DNA of 64,000 nucleotides, taken from an uncultured Bacillota bacterium. GTDB lineage: Bacteria > Bacillota_I > Bacilli_A > RFN20 > CAG-826. The notes below the pieces were generated by a model. The model did no database searches. It was not told the DNA's origin and saw nothing but the letters and a program-made list of their open reading frames with translations. Within the stretch, counting starts at the first letter, position 1. Every line of letters starts with the position of its first letter. Shown here piece by piece: positions 29,770 to 38,077 of the stretch. Both the position numbers and the translations under genes were made by a program. The DNA is taken from positions 880,099 to 944,098 of the forward strand of contig OX437086.1 of NCBI GenBank assembly GCA_949299565.1. The letters run 5' to 3'.

Positions 29770-31112
29770 TAAGCGAAGTAATTATTAAAATTAGGAATTC
29801 CACCATATCGTCCATCTAGATAGGCCTTATCAACTTTTTTATCAAATCTTTCGCCAAATTCTTCAAGCGAATATACTGTGGTTGGTCCATTATTTTTTCT
29901 TTCACAAAACCAAATCTCATCCCTTCTCAAAAGATCCAAATCCAATAAACGAGTTTCATGTGTAGTTACAACTAATTGAGAATTTGATGTTTTAGAAAAG
30001 AAAGACTTAATAAATTCGAAAGAAAGATCTGGATGAAAACATCTATTAAGTTCATCAATAAAATAAACTTTCTCAGAATGATCATCCATTAAAACTTGAA
30101 TCAAATCAAATAACCTTTGAGTACCATCGCTCTCTTCATCAAATTCATATAACCCGTCGTCATTTCTGTGCTGAAAAGTTATTTTCTTTAGTTGATAAGA
30201 GTTATCTTTTTTGCCGAGAAAGTAAATATTGTTATTGAGCCTTATATTAACTTGCGGATTGGTCTTTTTATTCTTAGAAGCATTAAACTGTTCAAATTGA
30301 TTGAGTAAATCATTAAATATAACAGGAGGCAATTTATTTTGAAGTTCTTCAAGTGGACAATCGACCAATTTGCATTCTGATATACCAGTTCCAAACTTTG
30401 AAATTAAAGCATTTATCTCATTAATTTTCTGGTTAGAAATGAAAAATTTAGAGTTGTCTAAAGACATATTTGGGAAAATAACAACCAACGAATTAGAAAA
30501 CCAATTAAATATTTTTTTAAAAATCATTACACTATTATTTGCGTTTTCTTCATATAAAGTGTCCTTGTTGGTATTCATCAATGTTAAAAACAAAATATTG
30601 TCCTGATTTTTAATATCAGAGTAATAAATATTAAGCCTATTTAAAATATCTTCTTCAAAATAATTTTTGCTTAACTTTATTCCGCCATTTGTGACTCTTT
30701 TAAAAATCAAAATATCTTTCTCATCAGGACCAAGTTCATACAGCCATTCGGCCTTAATGCTATTTTTAGAGAGTAATATATCAAAACCATAGGTATATAT
30801 CTTATTATCAATTTCAAACTCAAAATCAAAAGTAGAAATTTTATCTTTATTCTCTTTTTTTCCTCTGTAATAACAACTCGACCAATTAATTCTAATGCCT
30901 TCTAAAACTACTCTTTTGAAAAAGGCAACAGCCTTAATTAAATTTGATTTCCCAGAAGCGTTTGCTCCGTATAATTCAGCAAATTTAAGTATTTTCAATT
31001 TGCCCTTATTAACACAATGATCAACTTTCTTTTTAGGAGCTCCAGCCACCATCGATATTGTTTGCTTTGAGTCAAATGATAAAAAATTCGATATGGTATA
31101 GCTAATTAGCAT
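29769..31112 (-). CDS. AAA/ABC-type ATPase (AbiLi-like, AAA_21-type)
   Basis: Walker A GANASGKSN near N-terminus; split-ATPase C-terminal motifs DEESDGTQR, Walker B VYFIDELNRCFHP, TTHE; RBS AGAGGAGG upstream. Confidence 0.8.
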   Translation of the reverse strand: MLISYTISNFLSFDSKQTISMVAGAPKKKVDHCVNKGKLKILKFAELYGANASGKSNLIKAVAFFKRVVLEGIRINWSSCYYRGKKENKDKISTFDFEFEIDNKIYTYGFDILLSKNSIKAEWLYELGPDEKDILIFKRVTNGGIKLSKNYFEEDILNRLNIYYSDIKNQDNILFLTLMNTNKDTLYEENANNSVMIFKKIFNWFSNSLVVIFPNMSLDNSKFFISNQKINEINALISKFGTGISECKLVDCPLEELQNKLPPVIFNDLLNQFEQFNASKNKKTNPQVNIRLNNNIYFLGKKDNSYQLKKITFQHRNDDGLYEFDEESDGTQRLFDLIQVLMDDHSEKVYFIDELNRCFHPDLSFEFIKSFFSKTSNSQLVVTTHETRLLDLDLLRRDEIWFCERKNNGPTTVYSLEEFGERFDKKVDKAYLDGRYGGIPNFNNYFA

Positions 31113-31134
31113 GGCTTACCTCCTCTTTGGTTAG

Positions 31135-31227
31135 ATTATAAGTGAAATTATCACTTGCAACAATCTTATTGAGTAATAAATTAACCTTATTTTGAAAATA
31201 TTTTATAAATTAAGGTGAAATTTTCAC
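31135..31227 (-). promoter_or_regulatory. Promoter of the AbiL-like operon with two palindromic operator-like sites
   Basis: Minus-strand reads GTGAAAATTTCAC (31215-31227, perfect 6-bp arms) ... TTGCAA-GTGATAATTTCAC (31142-31154)-T-TATAAT (31135-31140), then RBS and ATG at 31112; the second palindrome lies between the -35-like and -10 hexamers. Confidence 0.4.
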
Positions 31228-31302
31228 ATTGATTTAAAAGTATCGCCATGTTTTTTATTCTAAATAAGGTATTAAGACAATCAATTAAACCGCCACTGTA
31301 TT

Positions 31303-31328
31303 AAATAAAACAGCACCATTAAGTGCTG
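31303..31328 (-). terminator. Candidate Rho-independent terminator after gene 31426..32202
   Basis: Minus-strand hairpin CAGCAC-ttaatg-GTGCTG followed by TTTTATTT; stem is only 6 bp. Confidence 0.35.
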
Positions 31329-31425
31329 AAATTTGAGAATGTCTTTGTGTTATCGATTTAATACAAAACGATACCCCCTGTTAGAAAAATGACACCATTA
31401 TAAAGTGTTTATTTTGTTTGGCTTT

Positions 31426-32202
31426 TTACTTTCTCCTTCTCTTTCTTGTCGTTTTTTTCGATTTTTCTAAGCCTAATTTCCAAAGCCCCATATCCAAAAG
31501 TTTCATTTGTGGATATTCAATTGATGGGAGGTCTTTTAAAGTTAAAGTTTCCATCTTTTTTCTAATCTTTTTTTTATTTTTTGAATAGAAATCGACTAGC
31601 GCTTCGAATGAATTTTTACCGAATCTTTGAACTAATTCTTTTTCTCCGCATTCCTCTTTTCCAAATTTTAGTGCTCCTTTTAGCATCTCATCGTAAGCAG
31701 GAACGCATCCTAATGTTCCTAAGAGAATCTTCGTAACTAGAATGTCCGAAATAGCTTGATTAGTTGACTCGTCTTCGTTCCTAGCTTCTCTTCTAAAACG
31801 CTCATATTCTTTCTTAATTGAATTTATTAGTCCTTCATTACCTTCACTACCGAAGAGTAGATCTAAATTTGAAGAGTAGTTCTTATCACCTTTGTCCCAG
31901 CAATAGCCAATTAAAGGTTTATATTTATCATTGAGAATTAATTTGACGGTTTGAAGATGAACTTTGTAATCAAATTGCAACAGAAAAGATGATCCACGGT
32001 ACATTCCCCATGATGCAAGATAAAAAGCAAGGTGCAATGACAAATTCAAGTAATCATCTTCATTTAATTCGTTCAATTTATCGAATGCTTCATGAAATTT
32101 ACCATAACAATATTCCCAAGACAAATATCTAGAATTTGCATTGCTATCTATCTCTCTCTTAAACTTATTAAAAGATTTAATAAATTCATTAATAAATTTC
32201 AT
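31426..32202 (-). CDS. Hypothetical protein (island gene, basic C-terminal tail)
   Basis: 258 aa ORF with AT-rich codon usage; no family recognised; ends in a Lys/Arg-rich tail. Confidence 0.5.
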   Translation of the reverse strand: MKFINEFIKSFNKFKREIDSNANSRYLSWEYCYGKFHEAFDKLNELNEDDYLNLSLHLAFYLASWGMYRGSSFLLQFDYKVHLQTVKLILNDKYKPLIGYCWDKGDKNYSSNLDLLFGSEGNEGLINSIKKEYERFRREARNEDESTNQAISDILVTKILLGTLGCVPAYDEMLKGALKFGKEECGEKELVQRFGKNSFEALVDFYSKNKKKIRKKMETLTLKDLPSIEYPQMKLLDMGLWKLGLEKSKKTTRKRRRK

Positions 32203-32324
32203 ATCTATGCCTCCCTATATTTTTCAAAGAATTTATCTTCACCTGCTCTTCTAGCTTTAATAACATCTATTTTATATTTGAATCTGCCGAGCAAATGTGA
32301 TCTGTGTTGAAATATAATTTGAGC

Positions 32325-32650
32325 TACCTATAGTCTTCGCTCCCTATCGTAATGAACGCCTGTGATGTCTGATGTGTTGCTTTTTTGGAATTTCCAATAG
32401 TTCTTTTGTTTTTCTTATAGGCAAAGCTAACCACTGTCAGTCTACCGAATTTTTGACCAATCAAGTCCCTCACCATGAAACGACTTCAACCGCTAAATTT
32501 GACCTGGCCAGTATGGAGCATGTTGACATTGAATTCTACCTCTTTTTCACAAACGCAACGTCATTTATAAATCTTTGTGGAATGATGCTTCTTCCCAGTA
32601 TCTTCGATCACAGTCAGATAGACATAGCGTTTCCCAATTTCAATATTCAT
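32325..32650 (-). pseudogene. Decayed gene fragments sharing an N-terminal G-x-K/R-F/Y-G-R-L-T-V motif
   Basis: Minus-strand short ORFs MNIEIGKRYVYLTVIEDTGKK (stops after 29 aa, with a Cys-containing continuation in another frame) and MVRDLIGQKFGRLTVVSFAYKK (50 aa, 32325..32477); GC content differs from flanks. Confidence 0.3.
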
Positions 32651-32765
32651 TTGCTTTGTAACCAATCAATAAATTTATAAACAAAATTGAAACCAAAAAA
32701 ACGAAAATAAAAGGATGGTTGTCGCCCACCACCCCAATTCAATCAAAGGAGGTTCTCATAGAACC

Positions 32766-33755
32766 TTAATCTTGTCTACTTACCTCCTTATCCAGGTTTT
32801 TAGCTAGCTTTGTGAAGATATAGCTATATTTCACATAGGTCTTTCCACCAAAGTCTTTGTTGTTTGTCGTTCTAATGCCATAAGGATTGAAGTTAAAGTC
32901 CTGCTCTTCCAAATCATCCTTGGCATCAGTGTTTTCGACAACGAGTTCACTGATATAAAGATTATTGGTTGGATGACCAAAATAGGAATTGATATCCCTC
33001 AAATTGACGTTTTGATAGTACTCATCAGCGGTTTTGCTATATGCAACATTGAAATAGATATCAAATGCATAAAGATAACCCATCGGCACAAAGTAATGCG
33101 ACAGATAAGTGTTGATGAGTAGACACTTATCAAGCAAATCCTGAATCAGTGACTTCAATCCGACATCGTAGCTTCTAATGACAACAAGATGGCTTTGAGC
33201 ACTAGAAGGCATGAACATTGAATAACCACTCTCCTTGGAGAAGACATTAACGTTTTCCGTGTCGAAGACCTCTCTTATGAAGTCGAATATTGCACTGGTC
33301 TTGACGAGCCTTAAATCAATAAGAATCTCACCACAGAACTTCTGCTTCTTCGATGCCTTCACGAACTGATTGAAAAGCCTGACTCCATATGCAGAATCAA
33401 AAAGTGTAGGCTGATTCACTTTATCGCTACCATTGGTTTGGTTGACGATTTCATAGTGGTTTTCAACTTTCACGACCTTGAATGATTGGCCGTTTGCGTT
33501 AAAGCAGATCTTATCGGCTTTTTCATCGTTGGTCAGAATATGGCAACAAACCAAGTTGTAATCCGCTGTTTTTCCTCCTTTTGACTGAGGATAGATGTGG
33601 TCGAGGTTCCATCCGTATTCGCTGTTGCGATTATCGTAGGCGGACTTAGCCATCGTCCTTCCAGCGAAATCCACAGCCCTGGTCTGCTTCCCGTACCTTG
33701 ACGTCCACAAACGCATTGCAGTTTCTCTGTTAACAATCATTTTTTCATTTTTCAT
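32766..33755 (-). CDS. HNH-nuclease-domain protein with unassigned C-terminal domain
   Basis: N-terminal GWNLDHIYPQSKGGKTADYNLVCCHILTN fits the HNH signature (D-H-x-x-P, N-L, Cys pair); the C-terminal about 230 aa has no motif I recognise. Confidence 0.65.
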   Translation of the reverse strand: MKNEKMIVNRETAMRLWTSRYGKQTRAVDFAGRTMAKSAYDNRNSEYGWNLDHIYPQSKGGKTADYNLVCCHILTNDEKADKICFNANGQSFKVVKVENHYEIVNQTNGSDKVNQPTLFDSAYGVRLFNQFVKASKKQKFCGEILIDLRLVKTSAIFDFIREVFDTENVNVFSKESGYSMFMPSSAQSHLVVIRSYDVGLKSLIQDLLDKCLLINTYLSHYFVPMGYLYAFDIYFNVAYSKTADEYYQNVNLRDINSYFGHPTNNLYISELVVENTDAKDDLEEQDFNFNPYGIRTTNNKDFGGKTYVKYSYIFTKLAKNLDKEVSRQD

Positions 33756-34445
33756 AATTTAATCTTTCAACAAGAAAAAAACTATGAGGTTGACCTCCTT
33801 TCATAAGGAGACGAATGCAATGATTGACTATAGGGCGACCTACTGCTGATACCTCGAAGGGTAGTTCTCTTAACAGCTTTGACAGAAAACTTTATCAATC
33901 AGCTCTAACTAAAGAGCTGTTAGATTCGTTCCTTACGTACTAATTATAACCGATGGAAACTATTAAAAAACGAAAATCTTGTGAATGCAAAAAAATGATA
34001 ACATTAGTCAAATTATTGCAATCAGCGCATAAAGTGTGAACTCTTAAATCTTTTTGATAAAACTTTTAGTCTATTTTGACTTTCTCATTGTTAAACCACG
34101 ACTTCGGAGGAAAATGCTCAAAAGATAAAGTTTTTTTCTAAACAAATATGACAAGTCCCAAAATGATTATTCTTTATTGTTTTCATACTAATATTTTAGC
34201 GTCATAAACTATGCAACCTAATCGTTTCTCTACTAGGCGTATCACATTTTCCTAGGGTATCTTTTTCTAGTAGCCTTAGCGTTCATCTAGTAGAGTTCTA
34301 TTTTGCTAGTAGCCTTAAACCACCTTTCGATTCCTTGGAGGTTTCGAACTTTAACTAGGAAAACTACTTAAAAAAATGCCCGATTTCTCGGACAAATATC
34401 GTTAATTTTGACACCCTTACTTTGTATCAAAATTTAGTTATAAGA

Positions 34446-34519
34446 TGGCAGGGGCTGAAGGAATCGAACCCTCATCAAAGGTTTTGGAGACCTCTGTTCT
34501 ACCATTGAACCAAGCCCCT
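34446..34519 (-). tRNA. tRNA-Trp (anticodon CCA)
   Basis: 74-nt cloverleaf folded by hand: acceptor AGGGGCT/AGCCCCT, D-stem GTTC/GAAC, anticodon stem GAGGT/ACCTT with loop CTCCAAA, T-arm GAGGG-TTCGATT-CCTTC, discriminator G and encoded CCA. Confidence 0.9.
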
Positions 34520-34563
34520 ACAATTCGTGTATTGTATCCTTCTTTCGTTTCAAGAACAAGTAA

Positions 34564-35175
34564 TTACTCCTCGCTCAATAACTCCGGAAGTTCTCCTCCG
34601 TTATATGGCCCGTCAATAACCTCAACATTGGGATATTGAGAAGTGATTTCTTGATAGGCTTTTTTGGTGATCTTCCGTTTGACGCCCTTATTGCCATATT
34701 TGATGTATTGCTCAAACAACCATTTGATGAATTCACGTGTCCCTTTAGCCATATAATAACGATCGACGCGCGCTAAAAAGTAGTTATAACCATTCTCGGG
34801 TTTATAATGCTCAGGATCATAAGTTTTCGTGGCCGCTAAAACGTCACATACATATTCCACCGCATATTTATAAGGCATTTGTTTGATGAGAATCCGGCCT
34901 TGCAAATAATCCGTCCAATATTCCCAATGATGCGCATTTCTCTTAGTGTGATGCTGACAAATCAAGGAGAAATAATTGTTCCGAATTCTCTCTTCAAAGA
35001 CCGGAGAACGAAAACCCGCATAATATTTTGCTGAAAGATGAAATTCCCGCCACCCGTATTTTGTGAGATCGTGCTTCAAAGCGTGAAAGAAAATCCCGAA
35101 ATGAAAGGCGTTCCTAATCACTTGATGACGATGTTTGGTGATTGTTCTTAAATGTTTAAAAGGATGCGACTTCAT
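34564..35175 (-). CDS. Conserved hypothetical protein, His-rich
   Basis: 203 aa ORF with several His-containing segments (HALKHDLTKYGW, CQHHTKRNAHHWEYW); 4-nt overlap with the upstream Sir2 gene; family not recognised with certainty. Confidence 0.5.
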   Translation of the reverse strand: MKSHPFKHLRTITKHRHQVIRNAFHFGIFFHALKHDLTKYGWREFHLSAKYYAGFRSPVFEERIRNNYFSLICQHHTKRNAHHWEYWTDYLQGRILIKQMPYKYAVEYVCDVLAATKTYDPEHYKPENGYNYFLARVDRYYMAKGTREFIKWLFEQYIKYGNKGVKRKITKKAYQEITSQYPNVEVIDGPYNGGELPELLSEE

Positions 35176-35888
35176 AAAATTTTCTCCAATGTCAAACTGA
35201 TGTCATCATGAACGATATAATCAAAGAAATCATCGTAAGGCGTCGCTTCATAATTGATGAGAAGCTTAAAGGCTGAAGAAGCATAATAAATAAGAGACGC
35301 TGCTGGCTCGACTTTTAAAGATGTTCCGGCAACCAACAAAAAATCTGCTTCCTTTAAAACCTCAATCGCTTTCTTTAAAACATCAAACGGCAAATTCTCC
35401 TCATATAAAACGATGTTCGGATGAAGAATTGCCCCGCACTTGCAACGCGGAATCTCTTGCCCTTTTACATCTTTTAAGTCGTAGAGAGATCCACAACGTT
35501 CACAATATAAGTCCTTTAGATTGCCATGGAGTTCTAAAACATGCTTAGAACCCGCTTCTTTATGAAGATTATCAATGTTCTGGGTGATGATCCAAATTTC
35601 ATGACCGCTCTCTTCATATTTACTCAAAAGGCGATGGGCTTTATTAGGCTTAGCCTCCTCATGAACCATGAATTCATAATAGAAACGATAAAATTCGCGT
35701 GGATGAGACAAAAAATAAGAACGCGAGAGCATCTCCTCATAAGAAACCCCGAATTCGCTTTGAAGGTTATAAAGTCCTTCTGGCGAACGGAAATCCAAAA
35801 TCCCGCTGGCGGTCGAAACGCCGGCTCCTCCTAAGAAGACTAAATGCTTCGCTTTCTTTATCTTTTCTTTGATCAACGTTAAATCCAC
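35172..35888 (-). CDS. NAD-dependent protein deacylase, Sir2 family
   Basis: GAGVSTASGILDFRSPEGLY, TQNIDNLH, a Zn-ribbon pair (CERCG ... CKCG) and HGNL all match sirtuin catalytic-core motifs. Confidence 0.85.
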   Translation of the reverse strand: MDLTLIKEKIKKAKHLVFLGGAGVSTASGILDFRSPEGLYNLQSEFGVSYEEMLSRSYFLSHPREFYRFYYEFMVHEEAKPNKAHRLLSKYEESGHEIWIITQNIDNLHKEAGSKHVLELHGNLKDLYCERCGSLYDLKDVKGQEIPRCKCGAILHPNIVLYEENLPFDVLKKAIEVLKEADFLLVAGTSLKVEPAASLIYYASSAFKLLINYEATPYDDFFDYIVHDDISLTLEKIL

Positions 35889-35922
35889 GTCTTGTATTAT
35901 AGATCTTTTCTATTTTTTGCGT

Positions 35923-36279
35923 CTAATGACGCATGATTTCATCGTAATGGGCAATCTTATATTCAAGGCGTTCCAAAGCTTTCTCTAAATCTTCTTTCTT
36001 CTTCAATAATTTCTCTTGTTCGTGTCTTAGAAGTTCTTTTCTTTTATTGATGTTCTCTTCGTTAGTAGCCGGCAATGACAAATATTCCTTTAAGGCTTCA
36101 ACTGAAACGCCGGCTGCCCGCATGCATTTTACAAAGACAATCGCGTTTTCTTCTTCCTCGCTATAATCGCGGACACCCGAGTCGTTACGATGAGCTCGCG
36201 GGAGAAGACCGACCCGTTCATACCAACGAAGCGTCGACTCCGGTATTTGATATTTCTTTGCCACTTCAGAAATCGTCAT
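35923..36279 (-). CDS. MerR-family transcriptional regulator
   Basis: N-terminal HTH MTISEVAKKYQIPESTLRWYERVGLL followed by a coiled-coil segment. Confidence 0.85.
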   Translation of the reverse strand: MTISEVAKKYQIPESTLRWYERVGLLPRAHRNDSGVRDYSEEEENAIVFVKCMRAAGVSVEALKEYLSLPATNEENINKRKELLRHEQEKLLKKKEDLEKALERLEYKIAHYDEIMRH

Positions 36280-36349
36280 AAAAAGAACCTCGCACTTTTT
36301 GCATTGTAATGATTGAAGTCAAGTTTAAGTCAAGGCGAAATTCAAAAAT

Positions 36350-37156
36350 TTAACGCTTATCGATTTTGAGGTCAAAAGGCTTCACGCGGACAAGAGAAAA
36401 AGGTGGCACGCTACTTGTGATATAAGCATTTGAACCGATGATGGAATCATGACCAATAATCGTCGTGCCGCCGAGAATCGTCGCTCCCGCATAAATCGTT
36501 ACATTGTCTTCAATCGTCGGGTGACGTTTCTGTCCCTCTAACTTCCGTCCGTCTTTTAAGGACAAAGCTCCAAGAGTCACGCCTTGATAGAGCTTAACGT
36601 GCTCGCCGATTTTTGTTGTCTCACCAATGACGATGCCAGTCCCGTGATCGATAAAAAAGCCAGAAGCAATCTCTGCCCCCGGGTGAATATCAATACCCGT
36701 TCTTGAATGAGCGTATTCGCTGATAACGCGAGCAATGAACGGATATCCGCCCTTTAATAAAAGATGGGCGAGACGATGGGCGCTGATTGCGATAAAACCC
36801 GGATAAGATAAAACAATTTCAAGATGAGAACGCGCGGCAGGGTCGCCATCATATATCGCTTCAATATCCGAAACCAAGAGCTTCTTTAAGTTTGGAAGCG
36901 CTGATAATAATTCATCATAAATCAAAGGTTTTTGGCAATTGCAAACATTCGCGAAATGCTTAAAGCGTTCCTCGCTTGAAGCTAAAAGAAAAGCAACGCG
37001 TTTCTCATCGAATTCTGTGTGATACGCCTCAAAAAAGAGAAGTTCACGGATCTCTTCATAAAAATCTTTGACGCCGTCGCGAGAAATTTCTTTCGAGCAA
37101 TCCTTTGTTCGCGGAGTATATAAGCTCTTGATGAACGCTACTTTGTCTTCAATCAT
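36350..37156 (-). CDS. cysE: Serine O-acetyltransferase
   Basis: Start at MIEDKVAF (internal Met of the track ORF), overlapping the cysK stop by 8 nt; hexapeptide-repeat region (IDIHPGAEIASGFFIDHGTGIVIGETTKIG...). Confidence 0.85.
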   Translation of the reverse strand: MIEDKVAFIKSLYTPRTKDCSKEISRDGVKDFYEEIRELLFFEAYHTEFDEKRVAFLLASSEERFKHFANVCNCQKPLIYDELLSALPNLKKLLVSDIEAIYDGDPAARSHLEIVLSYPGFIAISAHRLAHLLLKGGYPFIARVISEYAHSRTGIDIHPGAEIASGFFIDHGTGIVIGETTKIGEHVKLYQGVTLGALSLKDGRKLEGQKRHPTIEDNVTIYAGATILGGTTIIGHDSIIGSNAYITSSVPPFSLVRVKPFDLKIDKR

Positions 37157-38063
37157 AAAGCCCCTCCGTTGAAAGATAACGCTCACCGTTATCCGGAAAG
37201 ATAGCGACGACATTGCCTGTTTGAAGAGGTAAGTGTAGAGAAGCATATAAAGAAGCACCGCTACTGATGCCGGCAAAGACGCCTTCAGTTTTAGCCAAAA
37301 GGCGCGTCATCTCATAAGCATCTTCGTTCCTGACTTTTATAATGTTCTTCAAATCATTTTTATCGACAATTGAAGGCACAAAATTCGCCCCTAATCCTTG
37401 TAATAAATGTGGTCCGCTACGTCCTTCGCTTAATAAGGGCGAACTAGCCGGCTCCACCGCAAAGAAAAGCGTCTCAGGCGAATGAACTTTAAAATAATGA
37501 TAAAGCCCTTCGTAAGTGCCGCCCGTTCCAATGCCGACAACAAGCGCCGCTACTTCGCCATTTAAATCTTTAAGAATTTCTGGTCCGCTTGTCATCTTAT
37601 GAGCGTGAGGATTTTCTAGATTCTCGAATTGACGAAGCATGACGGCTTTTCCGCTTCTAACTTCCTTTTCAGCTCTTTTGAGGGCACCGTCCATCCCTTC
37701 TTCAGCCGGCGTTAAATAAACTTCCGCGCCCCAAGCCTTCATCATCTTAATCCGTTCTTTGGAGGCGCTGCTCGGCATATATAAATGGCATTTAATTCCA
37801 AAAGAAGAGGCAATCATCGCTAAGGAAATTCCCATGTTGCCGCTTGTTGCTTCCACTAAAGTCATCCCGGGGCATAAGGTTTTATCATCTAGAGCCTTCT
37901 TGACCATATATAGAGCCGCGCGATCTTTTATAGAGCCGCTCGGATTAAAACGCTCTAATTTGCCATATAGTTTATATGGCAAGGAAAAGCGTTCCTCAAT
38001 CTTTCTTAGATGAAGAAGAGGCGTACCGCCAATCGTCTCTAAAATGCTTTCAAAAAGAGCCAT
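37149..38063 (-). CDS. cysK: Cysteine synthase (O-acetylserine sulfhydrylase)
   Basis: PLP-lysine motif SGSIKDRAALYM and Gly-rich loop GIGTGGT; directly upstream of cysE. Confidence 0.9.
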   Translation of the reverse strand: MALFESILETIGGTPLLHLRKIEERFSLPYKLYGKLERFNPSGSIKDRAALYMVKKALDDKTLCPGMTLVEATSGNMGISLAMIASSFGIKCHLYMPSSASKERIKMMKAWGAEVYLTPAEEGMDGALKRAEKEVRSGKAVMLRQFENLENPHAHKMTSGPEILKDLNGEVAALVVGIGTGGTYEGLYHYFKVHSPETLFFAVEPASSPLLSEGRSGPHLLQGLGANFVPSIVDKNDLKNIIKVRNEDAYEMTRLLAKTEGVFAGISSGASLYASLHLPLQTGNVVAIFPDNGERYLSTEGLYD

Positions 38064-38077
38064 AAACGCTGCAAAAC

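Noticed and set aside
32372-32680. Plus-strand 102-aa ORF in the island
   Set aside because: Product has no recognisable features and the minus strand of the same region carries more convincing gene-remnant motifs; treated as non-coding or decayed.
33756-33830. Short upstream ORF (MKGGQPHSFFLVERLNYEK) overlapping the HNH gene start
   Set aside because: Only 19 codons with no convincing RBS; the internal AAGGAGG is too far from the HNH start codon to be its RBS.
34320-34350. tRNA T-loop-like 11-mer TTCGATTCCTT on the plus strand that might mark a duplicated att site or second tRNA
   Set aside because: No flanking stems complete a cloverleaf and the match is limited to the generic T-loop consensus shared by many tRNAs.
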